From contig MU058384.1 of the NCBI GenBank assembly GCA_013265495.1, positions 5,576,792-5,640,791 on the forward strand: 64,000 nt of DNA. The letters run 5' to 3'. Source of the DNA: Vicugna vicugna. Taxonomy: Eukaryota. The notes beneath the pieces are model-generated. The model was given only the letters and a program-made list of their open reading frames with translations, did no database searches and was not told the DNA's origin. Position numbers and translations under genes: made by a program. Within the stretch, counting starts at the first letter, position 1. Every line of letters begins with the position of its first letter. This document shows, piece after piece, positions 24,869 to 37,666 of this stretch.

Positions 24869-27800
24869 GACACGGAACTTTCTTTAACATGAATATTTGC
24901 ATCCATGTCCCCATGAAAAACAGTGAATACAGCTATGGGATGGCAGATCAGCCTAGAAGTCAGCCACACGAGATTGGTATCATCATGCTGACTGATTCAT
25001 TTTCAGAATGTTGTTCCCATGTCTCAGATACAAGTCTCCTAAACTGTCTTTTTTTCCTCCCCCTCCCAGTGACAAAAACAAAGGACAATAAAATGACAGT
25101 TGTCATCAGCTCATTTTTCACCCTGATTTATACAACCCTTAGCAACCAGAGCCTACACGTTGCAATGGTTGTCTTAACTTCAAAGAAACCAAATCTCTGA
25201 TCCTTTCCAGAAAGATGTGTCAATCCTTTGATGGTTAAAAGCATTAAAACCTAAAAGCAAGAGGCAAAATACACTATCTCCCACTAAAAACTTTGTGAAC
25301 CAGACAGTTTACGGTGCATAGAGTTGATAATGGTAATAATAACTAGTGACCACTGAGTGCCACGTGTGAAGACTTCTAAATATATTATTTTATTTAATCT
25401 TGTAATGATAAATGGTAATATAAGGGGAACTGCGTTTTGTTTTGATGTTACACATGTTTTTGCTTCACCTAACCTAAAAGCTATTATTAATTCTTTAGCA
25501 CAATGTCTATCACACAGGAGGCACTCAATGTATTCATTTATTCAAGCAAGTGTTCATAAATAAAAGTCTTACAGGTGTCTTTCAACTGAATTCCTTCTGA
25601 TATGGCTATTTAGATGTCTCTAAAGAAAAAAGCAAATTTTGAGAAGCACTACCAAGATGAATGTTCTCCTTCCTGCTCTGAGAGGCCGCCACATTCACTA
25701 TGACAAACTCGTCAAGAGGAAAGTCAATCATGGGAGGCATATGTGGTTGAGTGGAAAGAACCAGAAGCACTGGCTTTGAAAGCCCCGTCCACCTCCTGCT
25801 CCTGGGTCCTGGCCAGGAGCTGGTGGTTGGGTACAGGAAGGTGGGACAAGAAGATGTCCCCTCCCCCCAGGAAAATCCAGACAGATGCTAGGGTCACATT
25901 CCAGTGGACTGAGGTTGAGGGCAGAGCGGCAGGTCCCTGGGGCACCCAGACAGTGCCTGTGGGTGTCTGTGCAGGATGTGACTAAGGGCAGCCAGGTGTT
26001 TGGAGCTTACCACAGGCACATCGAGTGCCACCTGTGGAAGGTGGAGCCAGACAGGGTATTCCCTGCTGTGGAAAGTCTTGGATCCATATCTCTCTGAACC
26101 TGGGCATCTAAACTCCTTAGCTTGACATCAGTTTGTTCTCAGGATCTTGCTGTCTTAGAACTTACTTCTCACTGGCTTCAGATACATGCACTGTGTCACA
26201 ACCAGCTAGTTTATGGTTCCAAAAGGTGCTCAGTATTTCCCTAGGGCTATGAATTTGCTCCTGCTACTTCCACCACCTGGGGCACCCCACCTCCACCCAC
26301 GCACCCACCATTGCTTGTTCAAACCCTCACCTTCAGAACCCAGTGCAAAAAGCATCTGCTCCATAGAACACGCCCTGACTGCCCCCAACCCAAGTGAGAC
26401 AGTATCTCACTGTCCTCAGAAATCTCACAGCACTTTCTTTATATTTCACATTTGGCATTTCCTATTATGAATTAGTTTTTTGTATCTGTGGCTTAATCTC
26501 CTTTACTAGAATAGAAGCCCCTGGGAAAGGATGCAAGCCTTAAACATTTTTATGCTCACCCTAGTACCTGGGCTCAGTGCCTTCAACAAAGATGTTACCC
26601 AGTAAACGCCTACTGCATTGACATTGTCTATATTGTTGCCTTGCCTGTTACACTGAGAGTGGATAAATATCTATAATTTAATGGTCACATGTTATTGGAG
26701 AAGAATGACAAAAATGGAGAAAGCAGACTATTATACTACAAAGAATAAATGGTGATACGTGTGTGTATTTAAATTGATATGAAAATATATCCCCCAGTAA
26801 TATTGCTCTCTGTGGAAGGTAACCATAGATCAATGCATTATTAACTACATAGTACAGATTTTCTGACGATCTCAAAGGAATACGAAGAGGGAGGTGAACA
26901 GAGGGCTTGAAGGCAGTAATTTCAGACCCCCCTGGGAGTGGGCCCATGAGAAGCAAGAAAGCCTGGCTCCCTCCTGCAGTGGAAATCTACCCTATCATGA
27001 AATGCATTGTCCTGGGACTTCAGTTATTCCCGCTTTACTGAGAGCCAATGAGTGAGAGATTATGGGGAGGCAGGCTGCCTCCTTCAGCCTCTCCTGGGGC
27101 CTCCTCTGGGGCCTAGCAGGAACTGGCCCCTCCCTCCCCCTCAGCATTTCTTCACCAGCACAGGCTGCTCTGCCTGACTTCCTCCTTTAAGGGAAACACC
27201 ACGGCCAAGGGATGTCCCAGTGTAGTTCGGAAGGAATCCACCCACCATGTCATCAACACAGCTAATGAGAGCTCTGAGTAGTTGGTTCCATTTATCTGCT
27301 TTTTGTGGTTGGGAAGACAGTATCTTATTGGACCGCAAGACTGATTTTCCTTCTGGGAATGAACACTTAGTTCTCACGTGATATGTTGTCGGAGTCCCCG
27401 TGGCTTTTGCCCCCAGGAGTGTTGGGTGCCCTTGAGAGGCTGTATCCTGCTGCACAGGCGATGCCGGCTCCCATGGCTACCGAACCCCCAGAGGCTCAGA
27501 AAGGGGAGCCTTCACACTGCTGCTCAGAGAGATCAGGGCAGCACGAGAGCTTTCCAAGTCCATCCAGGAGCTCACACTCCATGACTCTACCAACACTGCA
27601 GGGAAGAGAGCGCCTGTGACAGGACCTGGCTCAGTCACCCGGGCTCAGGGTGAGGGCACAGCAGGGCTTTGAAGGGGAGGTGAACAGACCTCCATTACTT
27701 TATATTAGGAAAACTTGACTGCCTTTTGAATGAAGGCCAGGGATTCAAAGTATAAGTGGAAACACAGGCAATTTAAATGAGATAATCTGAAGTATAAGTT

Positions 27801-28879
27801 TAACTGAATTAGGTAAATCAAATCTCGTGCACTTTCATTCTAAAACTCCATTTCCATTAAATCCAATTACTTCCCTTTATGACTTTGGCTTTACATGGAT
27901 GTCAGCAATGATTACATTGAATTCCTGTACCGCCACCCCCTCCCCGCCAGCTTTCATGGTCAAGGTGCAGTTATCTAATGATTGCAGCTGCCAAATGCAA
28001 GTGCCTTCTGTCCAACCTAAGGGCAGACACTAGCTAAGGACGCCATCTAAATGAATGCACTTGAAAACACTGGCTTCTTTTGTTCGTCATGACCTCTTGT
28101 TCACCTTGCCCCCCACCCTCCAGGAAAGGTTTAGATGTGTGTGCTCCTCAGACTTTCTGAGGGTCAAGCAGCTTAGCTCTTGTACACTTTTTACGAGTAT
28201 CTTTCACCAACATCAGAGGCCAGTCATTCAGTTCATGAAATTCCTTCCATCAAATTGATGGGTGTATCATTAGGTAGAAAGGACACACCACTTCCCCCTT
28301 CTCAGCTGACTGGCAGGTGTCCAGTGAACCTCCCTCTATCAAATGGAACCTGGTGGAATCATCTCAGACAGTCACTGTCCCCAGAAGCCAAGCCAGCCTT
28401 ATTCTTGCCCACTATCGCTCTCATGAACATTATTAACCTTGCTTATGAATGGAGATAAACACATGTGACAAGATGGCAGTCTCACAACTTTGACTGGCTC
28501 TGTGGATGGAAATCTGCTCTGGAATGAAGTCTGCCAATCAATCAAATGTAAGATAAATGCAAACACATCACAGCTGATTTTGTTACACGTATTGGACTTT
28601 CTATGGATTAAATTCTCTAAAGCTTGGAGGTTAGACATTTTATGGACAAAAGGAGAAAACAAGTTTCGCTAGCAATTTTACTGACTGAATTTGACAGGGA
28701 TGTGTGGCAACATGTGGCGCTGCTAACATTGGGATCTTTAACTTTCATTAGCCTCCACGTGGTTCACAAACACATTGTTTAGACATTTGTAATTTGCATT
28801 TTAAAAACCTTGTGTACACGCAAACTAGTTTAACTTAATGGAGATTATTATTATTGTTGTAGTTATCATCATAGTTAAC

Positions 28880-28930
28880 TTTATTTATTTTACTTATTTA
28901 TTTTTTTTTATTGAAGTACAGTCAATTATA
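28880..28930 (-). mobile_element. Extremely truncated L1 stub (terminal ~20 nt plus tail)
   Basis: T-rich tail then ttattgaagtacagtcaatta, the reverse complement of the L1 terminus seen at ~29638-29658. Confidence 0.7.
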
Positions 28931-29574
28931 TTAGGCCAATTTCTGCACCGTTTATTTGTACCCTCAGTGTGATTGTGAATTTGACAGCATGGGTGCAGTA
29001 AGATGCACTTAACTTAGGACATTCCTATGTTGTGAGCTATCTTTTCTTCAGTTCTAAAGCAGAGTAGTTAAGCCCTCCCTGTCTCTGTCCTCCTCTGACT
29101 CTGTCTCTGTCTCTATTTCTGTGTCTATCCAAACCCAATTCCCTCAGAGCAGGGATGGGCTGGGAGAAGAGGTCCTCCTCCTGTCCTGACAGTGACCTTC
29201 AGGTGGCTTACACTGACCCCATTCTGTTCCCTTTCCATTATGAAAAGCAGTCTTTTTTTTTGTTTATGGAACACCCTTAGCTTCCCGTTCGCATCTCTCC
29301 ATGTCACAGATAACTGCTTCCTTGATGAACCTTTTCTTCACCACCACTGTTTTTTTTCTTCACATCTCTGACCTTTTCTACAATAGGGTCCTGAACTTCG
29401 TCTGCAGTCCCCTGTTCTCTACCAAGATTTTTCAGATGCCGGGCAAAACTTTTAGTCAAATCTCTTCTTTGACAAGCAATCAATTCACAAATATTTATAG
29501 GAGTGTCCTCATGTTCAAACCACCAAAAACTGCATTTCTTGTCTTCCTAAAACCAACATTTAAAGTCAACTATG

Positions 29575-29681
29575 TGAATATATGTGTGTATATGCATGAC
29601 TGGGACATTGTGCTATACACCAGAAATTGGCACAATGTAATTGACTGTACTTCAATAAAAAAAATAATAAAATAAAATAAA
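29575..29681 (+). mobile_element. 5'-truncated lineage-specific L1 3' end
   Basis: ...tgtgctatacaccagaaattggcacaatgtaattgactgtacttcaataaaa plus A-rich tail; TSD taaagtcaactatg (29561-29574) / taaagtaaactatg (29682-29695). Confidence 0.85.
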
Positions 29682-30734
29682 TAAAGTAAACTATGATGAT
29701 TTGGAATTGGCAGTAAGGATCAAGAAGCAGCTACTTCCTCTTCAGACCAGGGGTACACAAGGTATGGGAAAAACCACTCCCACCTGAACAAAATGCACGC
29801 ACATCAATGTCCGGAGGAAAAGCAAAGTTTCAGTTAGAACTAGAGGATGACGTGTGGATCCTGAAAAGACGTCAAAGATACAAGGTGTACAAGGTGTTTG
29901 GTTGATGACAGTGATTGATAAAGCACCAAGGAGAAGTGTTGAGAGGCAAGAAAGGGTAACAGGTTGGGCCAACCTCATTGTGTTGGACCAAAGAGGAAAA
30001 TAAAACTCATATGTGTGTGTGTGTTCACCAGTCAGTTCAAAGTTGGCTTAGGTATAGGGAATCTCATCTGTGGTAGAGTTGTATTCCTTACATGTGCCTT
30101 TTGCTTGGTATCCTTCTACAGAATGATTGGGTCTCCAGGTAACTTTCAAGATGGTACCTGTCTCCCTTCATCATTCGCCATAACCATACTTGACAACAGT
30201 AAAGGCCCTGTCTGAATTTGCTCAGTTCTGCTAGAATGAAATTCCCCCTCCTCTCTGAGAATCCCCTCAGACTCTGGACACTTTCCCACATCCATAAAAA
30301 ACTCCACCCAAGATACACCTACAGGACCAGCACTAGCCAACCAACATGCTATCTTACAAGACTGGAAACAAGTTCTAAAACCTTCAAGTCCTCTCCTCAC
30401 CTGCTCCACCAAGCTTTTTATTTTCTGATGCTTCCAGATTGCTGAGAATGGGCAATTACCTGGCAAAAGTTAAAATATACCCCTGGAATAGGAGTTACTC
30501 TTCCATATACAGAACTCTTCAAGCCACTCTTCAATTGGACAATAAACGACATTGTCCGAAACTGAGGTTTGTACCGAGTAGCCTACAAAACAGATGACTC
30601 CATTCTTTTCAGGCTATCAGATTCACTTATCTTATTTGGTCCTCACAAGAATCCAGTGAAAGACACTGATATAGAAACTGAGGTCAGAGGGTTAAGTCAC
30701 TTGCTCACAGTCACATTAGATCACAGGTGATTCA

Positions 30735-31690
30735 TCGTATAGCTGATGAAGGTTAAACCTCAGGGCTCTCCTCTTGCCTGGGCTCCTTCTAAGATGCTGA
30801 AAGAGATAGAAGACTGCCAATATGTTCACATCCTCACAAATTTCTGTAAAATGTATAAGAGCAAGACATTTTATTCACAATTGGTGAATAAATTACAATT
30901 GGTAAATACTACTGTTTCTTTCCACTCCAATTTCCCCTGCATCAGATTTCTCTTCATGTTGGACAGCCATGAACATGTTTAAAGTCCAGCTAAAAAATTG
31001 ATTTGAGAATACATATATATTTTAAGTTTTATAGGATCTATTTATGTGATCCAAAGTCACTCATGTGTGTAGTTACATTACTGCAAGCCTTCCTGGTGTA
31101 GGACTGGCTTTGAGGCATCGCCTCTCCAACCCCCTACACAAACAGAGACATACACGGACACACACACACCCGTGCCTGGTTTCTACATAAGAGTATAAGG
31201 TTACAGGTTGTCCTATAGTATCTGACACTGGAAATATGAGGGTATGGGTATAGAATTAATTTTGACATTTAAATAAAGGATTAGTAGGGTAGGTAATAGC
31301 TCAGTGGTAAAGCACATGTTTAGCATACACAAGGTCCTGGGTTCAATCCCCAGTATTTCCGTTTAAAAAATAATAATAATAAATTATTCCATTCTTTATA
31401 GGAAATACTACAAAACTGTCATCTTTTGAAGAAGCAACTGAAGAGTATGCAGCCAAAAAGTGTGGAAAAAAGAGTACTATAGGAGTATGTCAGGCTAATA
31501 AAGATATTGTGTTGTTTTCATAGATTTTGTAACATACATGGCATTTGACAACTTTTTAAAATTTGTAATCTTTAGTATTTCTTTTCTTATTATAAATAAT
31601 TATGCACTTTTATATCTAATTTTGCATTTCTAATTCATATTCTTTTTCCTAAAGATCTTTGCCAAATTGTATAAGCCCTCAAAATACTTG
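30735..31690. mobile_element. hAT-Tip100 (Zaphod/MER115-like) remnant
   Basis: cagggctctcctcttgcctgggctccttctaag start and ccaaattgtataagc near the end; family assignment from memory. Confidence 0.5.
31287..31383 (+). mobile_element. Camelid tRNA-Ala-derived SINE nested in an older DNA transposon
   Basis: tagctcagtgg A box, ggttcaatcc B box, (TAA)n/A tail. Confidence 0.88.
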
Positions 31691-33934
31691 CAAAGAAGCT
31701 AAGAATTCTAACTAGTCTGACTAACCTTTCAGCCCCTCAGATCTACCCAGCCCATCCACATACACAGTGCAGAATCAGAAGTTACAGTGGAGAATCTGAC
31801 CAGTGGTAATTTCCACTAAGAGTAGGTTTGGTTTTTTTTTTTTTTTTCCTAATGACTTATCCATGCTGAACATTTTGATGCCATAAAAACATTGAGAAAC
31901 CCCTCTCCCCCACCCCTAAGCCACCACCCCAGTAGTTTTCCTTTCCCCACATGCCTCTTCATTTCCTGATTCTAGTCTGGGCTTGAAGCAAAGGCACCTG
32001 AATCTAGCCAGAAAAGCTGTTATGATAATAGTTTTGGCCTCACAGGGGCAGGAAATACCAATAACCTTATGCGAGCTATTCCCCAATGAAGACCAACCTG
32101 AATGCATAATGTGGGACCCTGGCTTAAGTCAGATGATGCTCAGATAAGGTCCAGACAGTTGGAAACACCTTTCCTCCTAACCCTTGGAGGCCACTGGGTA
32201 GGTATGGCTCTCTTACAATGAAATGCTGAAATAAAAGACTGTATTAACAATTTTTTTAAATGCAGGCCTCCAAGAAATAACAAATAACATTTCTATTGGG
32301 AATATTGTTCTAAATATTAACTTGATTGTCAAATAAATAGAAAAAAAAAATAAGATTGTCAACAAAACCACCGAAGATTCAGTCTTATTCCTCGAGAAAA
32401 AAGGATTATTAGATTCACTGTCCAGTGCTTGCACAATTACATATGTTCAGTTCAATCAGGCTTCGAGGTAAAACAAAACAGAGTTCCTTTCCCTGGTGCA
32501 TTATAAGAAAGAAATAAGAGACAGAGGAAAAGAGAGAGCGATTACCCAGCAAACTGCCTGATCCTCCCGCAAAGACCACAAGCCAATGTATAAAACATAT
32601 AAAGCACACATAACATCTAATATATTCTACATCTTTCTTTCAGTGAAACATAAAACTAACAAACTGATGTTATCAATATCTGGATTATGAAGTTTGCGAC
32701 TTAAGCCTCCTCTTCAACTGTCCTTTAAATCCCTGAAGGTTGCTAATCTCTCTCTCACTTCCACCTTGGGCACTTCTGAAATTTGTATTGTTTGCAGGAC
32801 TTGTTCTGTAGTCTTGTTTACTACATTAGGAGCAGCATTCAAGCGAAACAAACATTTTAGAATTTGCACTATCCTTGCTGTGACCCGCCCAATGAATCAG
32901 CCTTGGTCCACCACCCCGTGGTTTCCCAGCACTGCCACAAGGCTCTACTTCCCCATTAATTGGAGAACCGTGTTTACACTGATTCAAATACATGTCCGGG
33001 CTGGGCTGTTTGAACCTCTTCAGGCAAGAGCACTGAGGCAAGGCCCGTAGGTAGCTAGCCCTCTCTCTAAAGTCTAGTTGGTCAGAAGAGGGTATGTTAT
33101 GAGATTTTCAAAACAACTCCCTCTGCTGAAAGCCTGAGGGTCCTTTGCATTGAAACGTTGGTTCTGAGCATTATTCCATGACTTCTATTTGCTTCGCTCC
33201 CAACTATCTTATGACCATTGAGGATGGGCACAAAACAGAAGGTGAGACTGGGCAGAAGGATGCTTGATGACTGAGGAGACCCAGCTACTGCACATCTCCT
33301 GCAAAGTCCTTCACATAGAATAGGAGCTCAGGTCTGTGTCTGTCAATAGATAATTAAATAAATGAATGAACACACTAAGGAGTGAGCAGAAACAGAATAC
33401 GTAGCTAAATTTTATGAGGAATGAGGTCCTGCCAACCCCCAAGGCTCACTTAGACAAGAGTTTGCTAATCCTAATGGCATGTGGTTTGATGAATTTCCTG
33501 GCACTGATCAAACCCCACCAACCAACCCAGGTCAGATGTTAAAGATGTGACCTTTATTCATTGTGTTATTGCTAAATCAATACGTATATCACTGATCATC
33601 AATTCTACTGAAATCTCTATTGTATGCTATTTTATTAATCATTCTTGCTTCTGGCCACTGTTCCTCCACCCACCCACCCACTCCCTACCTTTTAGCCTTT
33701 TGACTATTCATTTCAATCTCCTCCCAAATTAAAAGGATTAGGGAGGAGCCTTAAAACCAGTTTTTCTCGTAATTAAACACTCTTATGAAACTGAGATCAG
33801 GAAATGGGGGCGAAGAAAATGGTCAAGAGAAGAGGTTGAAAAGCAACTGTGATGTGGCTGTGGATTTAATCCCAATACTCTTACAACTAACACTCCAAAC
33901 CTGGTGATGGGGGTGGGGGGGCAGGGTAAAAAGG

Positions 33935-34297
33935 AATACACACATTAACAAATGAACCTCAGCATATTACAAATGAATAACAAAACCACACTGAAAGGGG
34001 GGTGGGGAAGGACAGAATTAACCTAATTCTGGGAACAAGTATTCTGTCTAAATGGCTCACGGGCTACAGATAAAAAGAACGGTACACAAATATACTCAAG
34101 TACATTGTGTCTCTCACGGGCTAGCGCTTCTGAAACTATCTTCTGTATATGTTAGGACTGAACAAAAGGTAAGTCTATTGTGGATAATAAAAGAAAGGTC
34201 TCTCACTGTTGGAAAAAAAGAGTTAAAATTAGGAAAGGGAAGATTAGATAGAATACATCCTGCAGTGTCGGATCAGAAACAGAGGTATCAGTATGAA

Positions 34298-34300
<3 letters not shown>
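33935..34300 (+). mobile_element. Old L1 (L1MC/MD-like) 3' fragment
   Basis: tattacaaatgaataacaaaaccacactgaagggggg; tctcactgttggaaaaaaagagtta. Confidence 0.6.

Positions 34301-34330
<30 letters not shown>
34301..34330. repeat. (GT)15 microsatellite
   Basis: Directly visible. Confidence 0.97.
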
Positions 34331-34338
<8 letters not shown>

Positions 34339-35689
34339 ACACAAATGGGCTACTCTTAGAAGTGATGACCTAGAACTCTGGTCCCTCCTCTTTTTGTTTG
34401 TTTGTTTGCTTGTTTTTGATGGCTCTCATGCAGGGTCCTTAAAGAGAGAAGGGAAAAAAATTCTCAATGTTTTTAAGGGAAGTAAACACCAGGCTTACAC
34501 TAAAAAATGCTATTCCGGATGGGGCCAACAAGAGTGTTAACCCCAAAGTGAAGAATTCGGGCAGAAATGAACTAGGGGTAGGGGAAGCAATAAGAAAATA
34601 CCAGTAAAAGTTATGAAGGACCCTGTTCTCAAATGTCTTAATCCAAGAGCCATGTTCTAGGGACAGCAAACTCCATTTAGTCCTTTTAACTCTCATAAAC
34701 ATTCAGAGGCTACAGCTTAATTTTAGGATATCTGTAGAATTTCTTTAAAGGCAGAAGTTCTCTTGTTTAAAATTTGCAGAAGAGCAAATCTAAATTTTTA
34801 GGGCACTTTTAAGCCATTTTTGAATTAACAATGTCTGATCAAAATGGAAAGTACAACAATTCAAGAGCAGAGCTCAGGGATTCTTCAAACAGACTCAGGA
34901 AACTTCCAAGCAACCAACTTACTTTCTCCAGAAAACTTTCCTTTCTGTTAGTCACCTGCACAACTTCAATGAGACATTAGTCAAACGAAAAGGCTTGACG
35001 CCACATAGAATGAATCACTCCCAGTTCAGTGAAGTCTCCAAGGGGGGACTGACAAAACAATCCACTTCTCCGTTTCCAGGGAAAGATTTATTTATGCAGG
35101 AGAATAAGAAGGAGAGAAGCTGACTGTGTCACTTCACATCCAACAGAGACATGAATCAGAGAATTAACAGGTACCGAAAGACTTATGTTGATGGAGAGCG
35201 TAATGACAGCTACTCCACAACGTTCTCTGACCTAGGATTTTTTCTTTCTGTTTTACCACTGACTGTGTTGTAGTATCACTGTCTGTAAAACCCTTGTACC
35301 CCACTAAATCTCTCTGTCCTGTAACTTCTGTCTTAATCTGACCAGAAAACCCAAGAGACCAAGAAAGTTTACATCAGATTTCAATGTGTTTGCTTCCATT
35401 GCCTGATCGAGCTTCCTGAGAGGTTCACAACAGGAATATAATGGATTTGAAAGATATAACCATAAATAATTATAGGATCAAAGACCTACCTATCCAGAAG
35501 CTAAAATGATTGTGCAGTCCTGTTTTGACCCTCAAAGCTATGGATCTAGAAAGAGCACCTCTATATACAAAGTTCATTCTACAGCGCAGCTGACAGTTCA
35601 GGCTTTTGAAATTTATTGAATAATTTATTTTAATTAAATGAATTGATATTTATTGAATATTGAATAATTGCTAAACCTAAAATCTAGGA

Positions 35690-36310
35690 TTCATTCATCC
35701 AACAAATACTGATTGTTATGATGCACAAGACTCCATCTAGTTACTGGGAAAATAGAGACAGATAAAAGGATAGACACTGTTCTCCTCAAGCTGATGGATG
35801 AAAAAGGCTGTATGAAAAAAATGAACAATTAATCTGATGTAACATAAGATGTGAGAAGGATGCAGAAATAAAAAAAAGGAGAGGGTTTTTAATCCTGGAG
35901 GTGTCAAGAGTCTTAAAGAGAGGGTCCTACAGAAACTGACATTTCAGCTGATTCTGATGGAGAATCAGAAGGTCACCATGTAACTTTAGGGAAAGCTGAG
36001 GAAGAAGGAGTACAGGGCTTTCTTAGAAGCAAAGAAAACAGCAGGTGAAAATGAAAGCATGAAATAGGATCTTGTCCTATAAAACTCAAAGACAGCGTTA
36101 CTGAGTTAGATGGACGAGGTGATAGAAGGCAGGCAGGTGCCTGGCCCAGTGGGAGCAGATCCTGGCAGAGGTCCTTAGCTGGCCAGGGCCACCTGCATCA
36201 CACCCACTCTCATGCCAAGCCTTGAACCAACAGCCAACAGGATGCCAGGGAGAGATCTTCAGAAGAGATGTGGAGAGATATACATTTCAGATGGATGTCT
36301 CTGGGTGAAA
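35690..36310 (-). mobile_element. L2 fragments
   Basis: attcattcatccaacaaatactgat 3' terminus followed by degenerate L2 body. Confidence 0.55.
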
Positions 36311-37119
36311 AAAAATGAGAGAAACTATGGTGGCAGCATATAGTTTACACAGTCTGGTTAGAAATGTTTCTCCCCAGGGTTGTCTTAATCTTCTAAGTCA
36401 TGTTTACAGAGCACTAGCCTTTCTCTTCTTCTGATTCTTCAGACTCCATTCCAACTGCTCATGACATCAGCAGCAATGGCATGGAGTGTGTGGGTGGGTG
36501 GGGAGGATTTAGGCTGCCGCCACCATCCGTTTGTTACCTGTTCCTTCAGCTACCCCAGATAAACATCCATCTAAGTAAAGACACTGGATTTGCTTTGAAA
36601 GGGCAGCTTCAAGACAAGGCTCTAAGCTACCCCTTTCCAACCACCTGGAACCCTAAGAAACCTCTCAATCTACAAATCCTGCAGCAGCTATTGAATATCA
36701 GCAAATGACTCACAAATGACCCTTTGGTTCTTCCAGACCTTAGAGATCTCATAGTGCCTTCTTGTATAGAGATCTACGGGAAACCTCTCTCAGAACCCCA
36801 CTGGTCTACAAATGGTTGGGAGAGGCTTCTGCAGGTGGGGCCTAGGGAGAGAGTCTCCATTCCTTAACCATCAGTACCATTGCTCTTGGCAACAGATGGT
36901 TTTGCCATTGGCTGGATCCTCAGCAGAATCTTCCAAGAGTCTTTTCAGGTATGAGCTATCACAATCATATTCTATGTGAAAAGCCAAAAGCCTAGAACAG
37001 CCCCACAAAACACAATCAGTACTGATGATCATCTGCAAAACCAGAATGACTTTCCCACAGCACTTTCAAAACATCAAACTAATAGCTACTCATAAAAATC
37101 TTTTTTAATATACATTTTA

Positions 37120-37236
37120 ATTTCTATTTATTTATTTTCTTAAATGGAGGCACTGGGGATTGAACCCAGGACCTTGTACGTGCTAAGCATGAGCTCTACC
37201 ACTGAGCTATACCCTCCCCCAACTCACCCCCCATTT
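37120..37236 (-). mobile_element. Camelid tRNA-Ala-derived SINE
   Basis: Intact A and B boxes on the minus strand; TSD tatacatttta at 37109-37119 and 37237-37247. Confidence 0.9.
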
Positions 37237-37486
37237 TATACATTTTAGATAACCTTAGTTAGGTGCAATATGATTACTTCAATTTACCTTTTTAAGACTA
37301 TTACGTACCTGTTTTTCTTTTCTTTCCTTCTTTCTATCTTATTTCTGTTATCACTTCTATTTTCTGCTTAGCTGTAAGCAAGTAATAGATTGTTCATAGG
37401 AAATTAAAGCTACTTTCTTTTTTGTAAAACATTAATATCCATTAGGCAGGGTAGACAGATCCTCTCCCTCTCACTCATCTCACTCA

Positions 37487-37666
37487 TAGAGTTGCCAGAT
37501 TTAACAAATAGAAATGCAGATGGCCCAGTTAAATTTGAATTTCAGATAAACAACAAATAGATTTCAGTATAAATAAATTCCATGCAATGTTTGAGACATA
37601 CTTACACCAAAACAAAGTCTTGTTATTTCTCTGAAATTCAAATTTAGCTAGGGATTCTGCAACCCA
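37487..37666. mobile_element. MER53 palindromic hAT MITE
   Basis: tagagttgccagattt ... aaatttgaatttcaga ... tctgaaattcaaattt ... gcaaccca. Confidence 0.88.

Noticed and set aside
27141..27619. GC-richer patch with overlapping ORFs, possible exon or processed pseudogene
   Set aside because: No recognisable protein similarity, no poly(A)/TSD and no convincing splice-site pair.
34052..34540. 162-aa ATG-initiated ORF
   Set aside because: Runs through an old L1 fragment and a (GT)n repeat (VCVCVC); chance frame.
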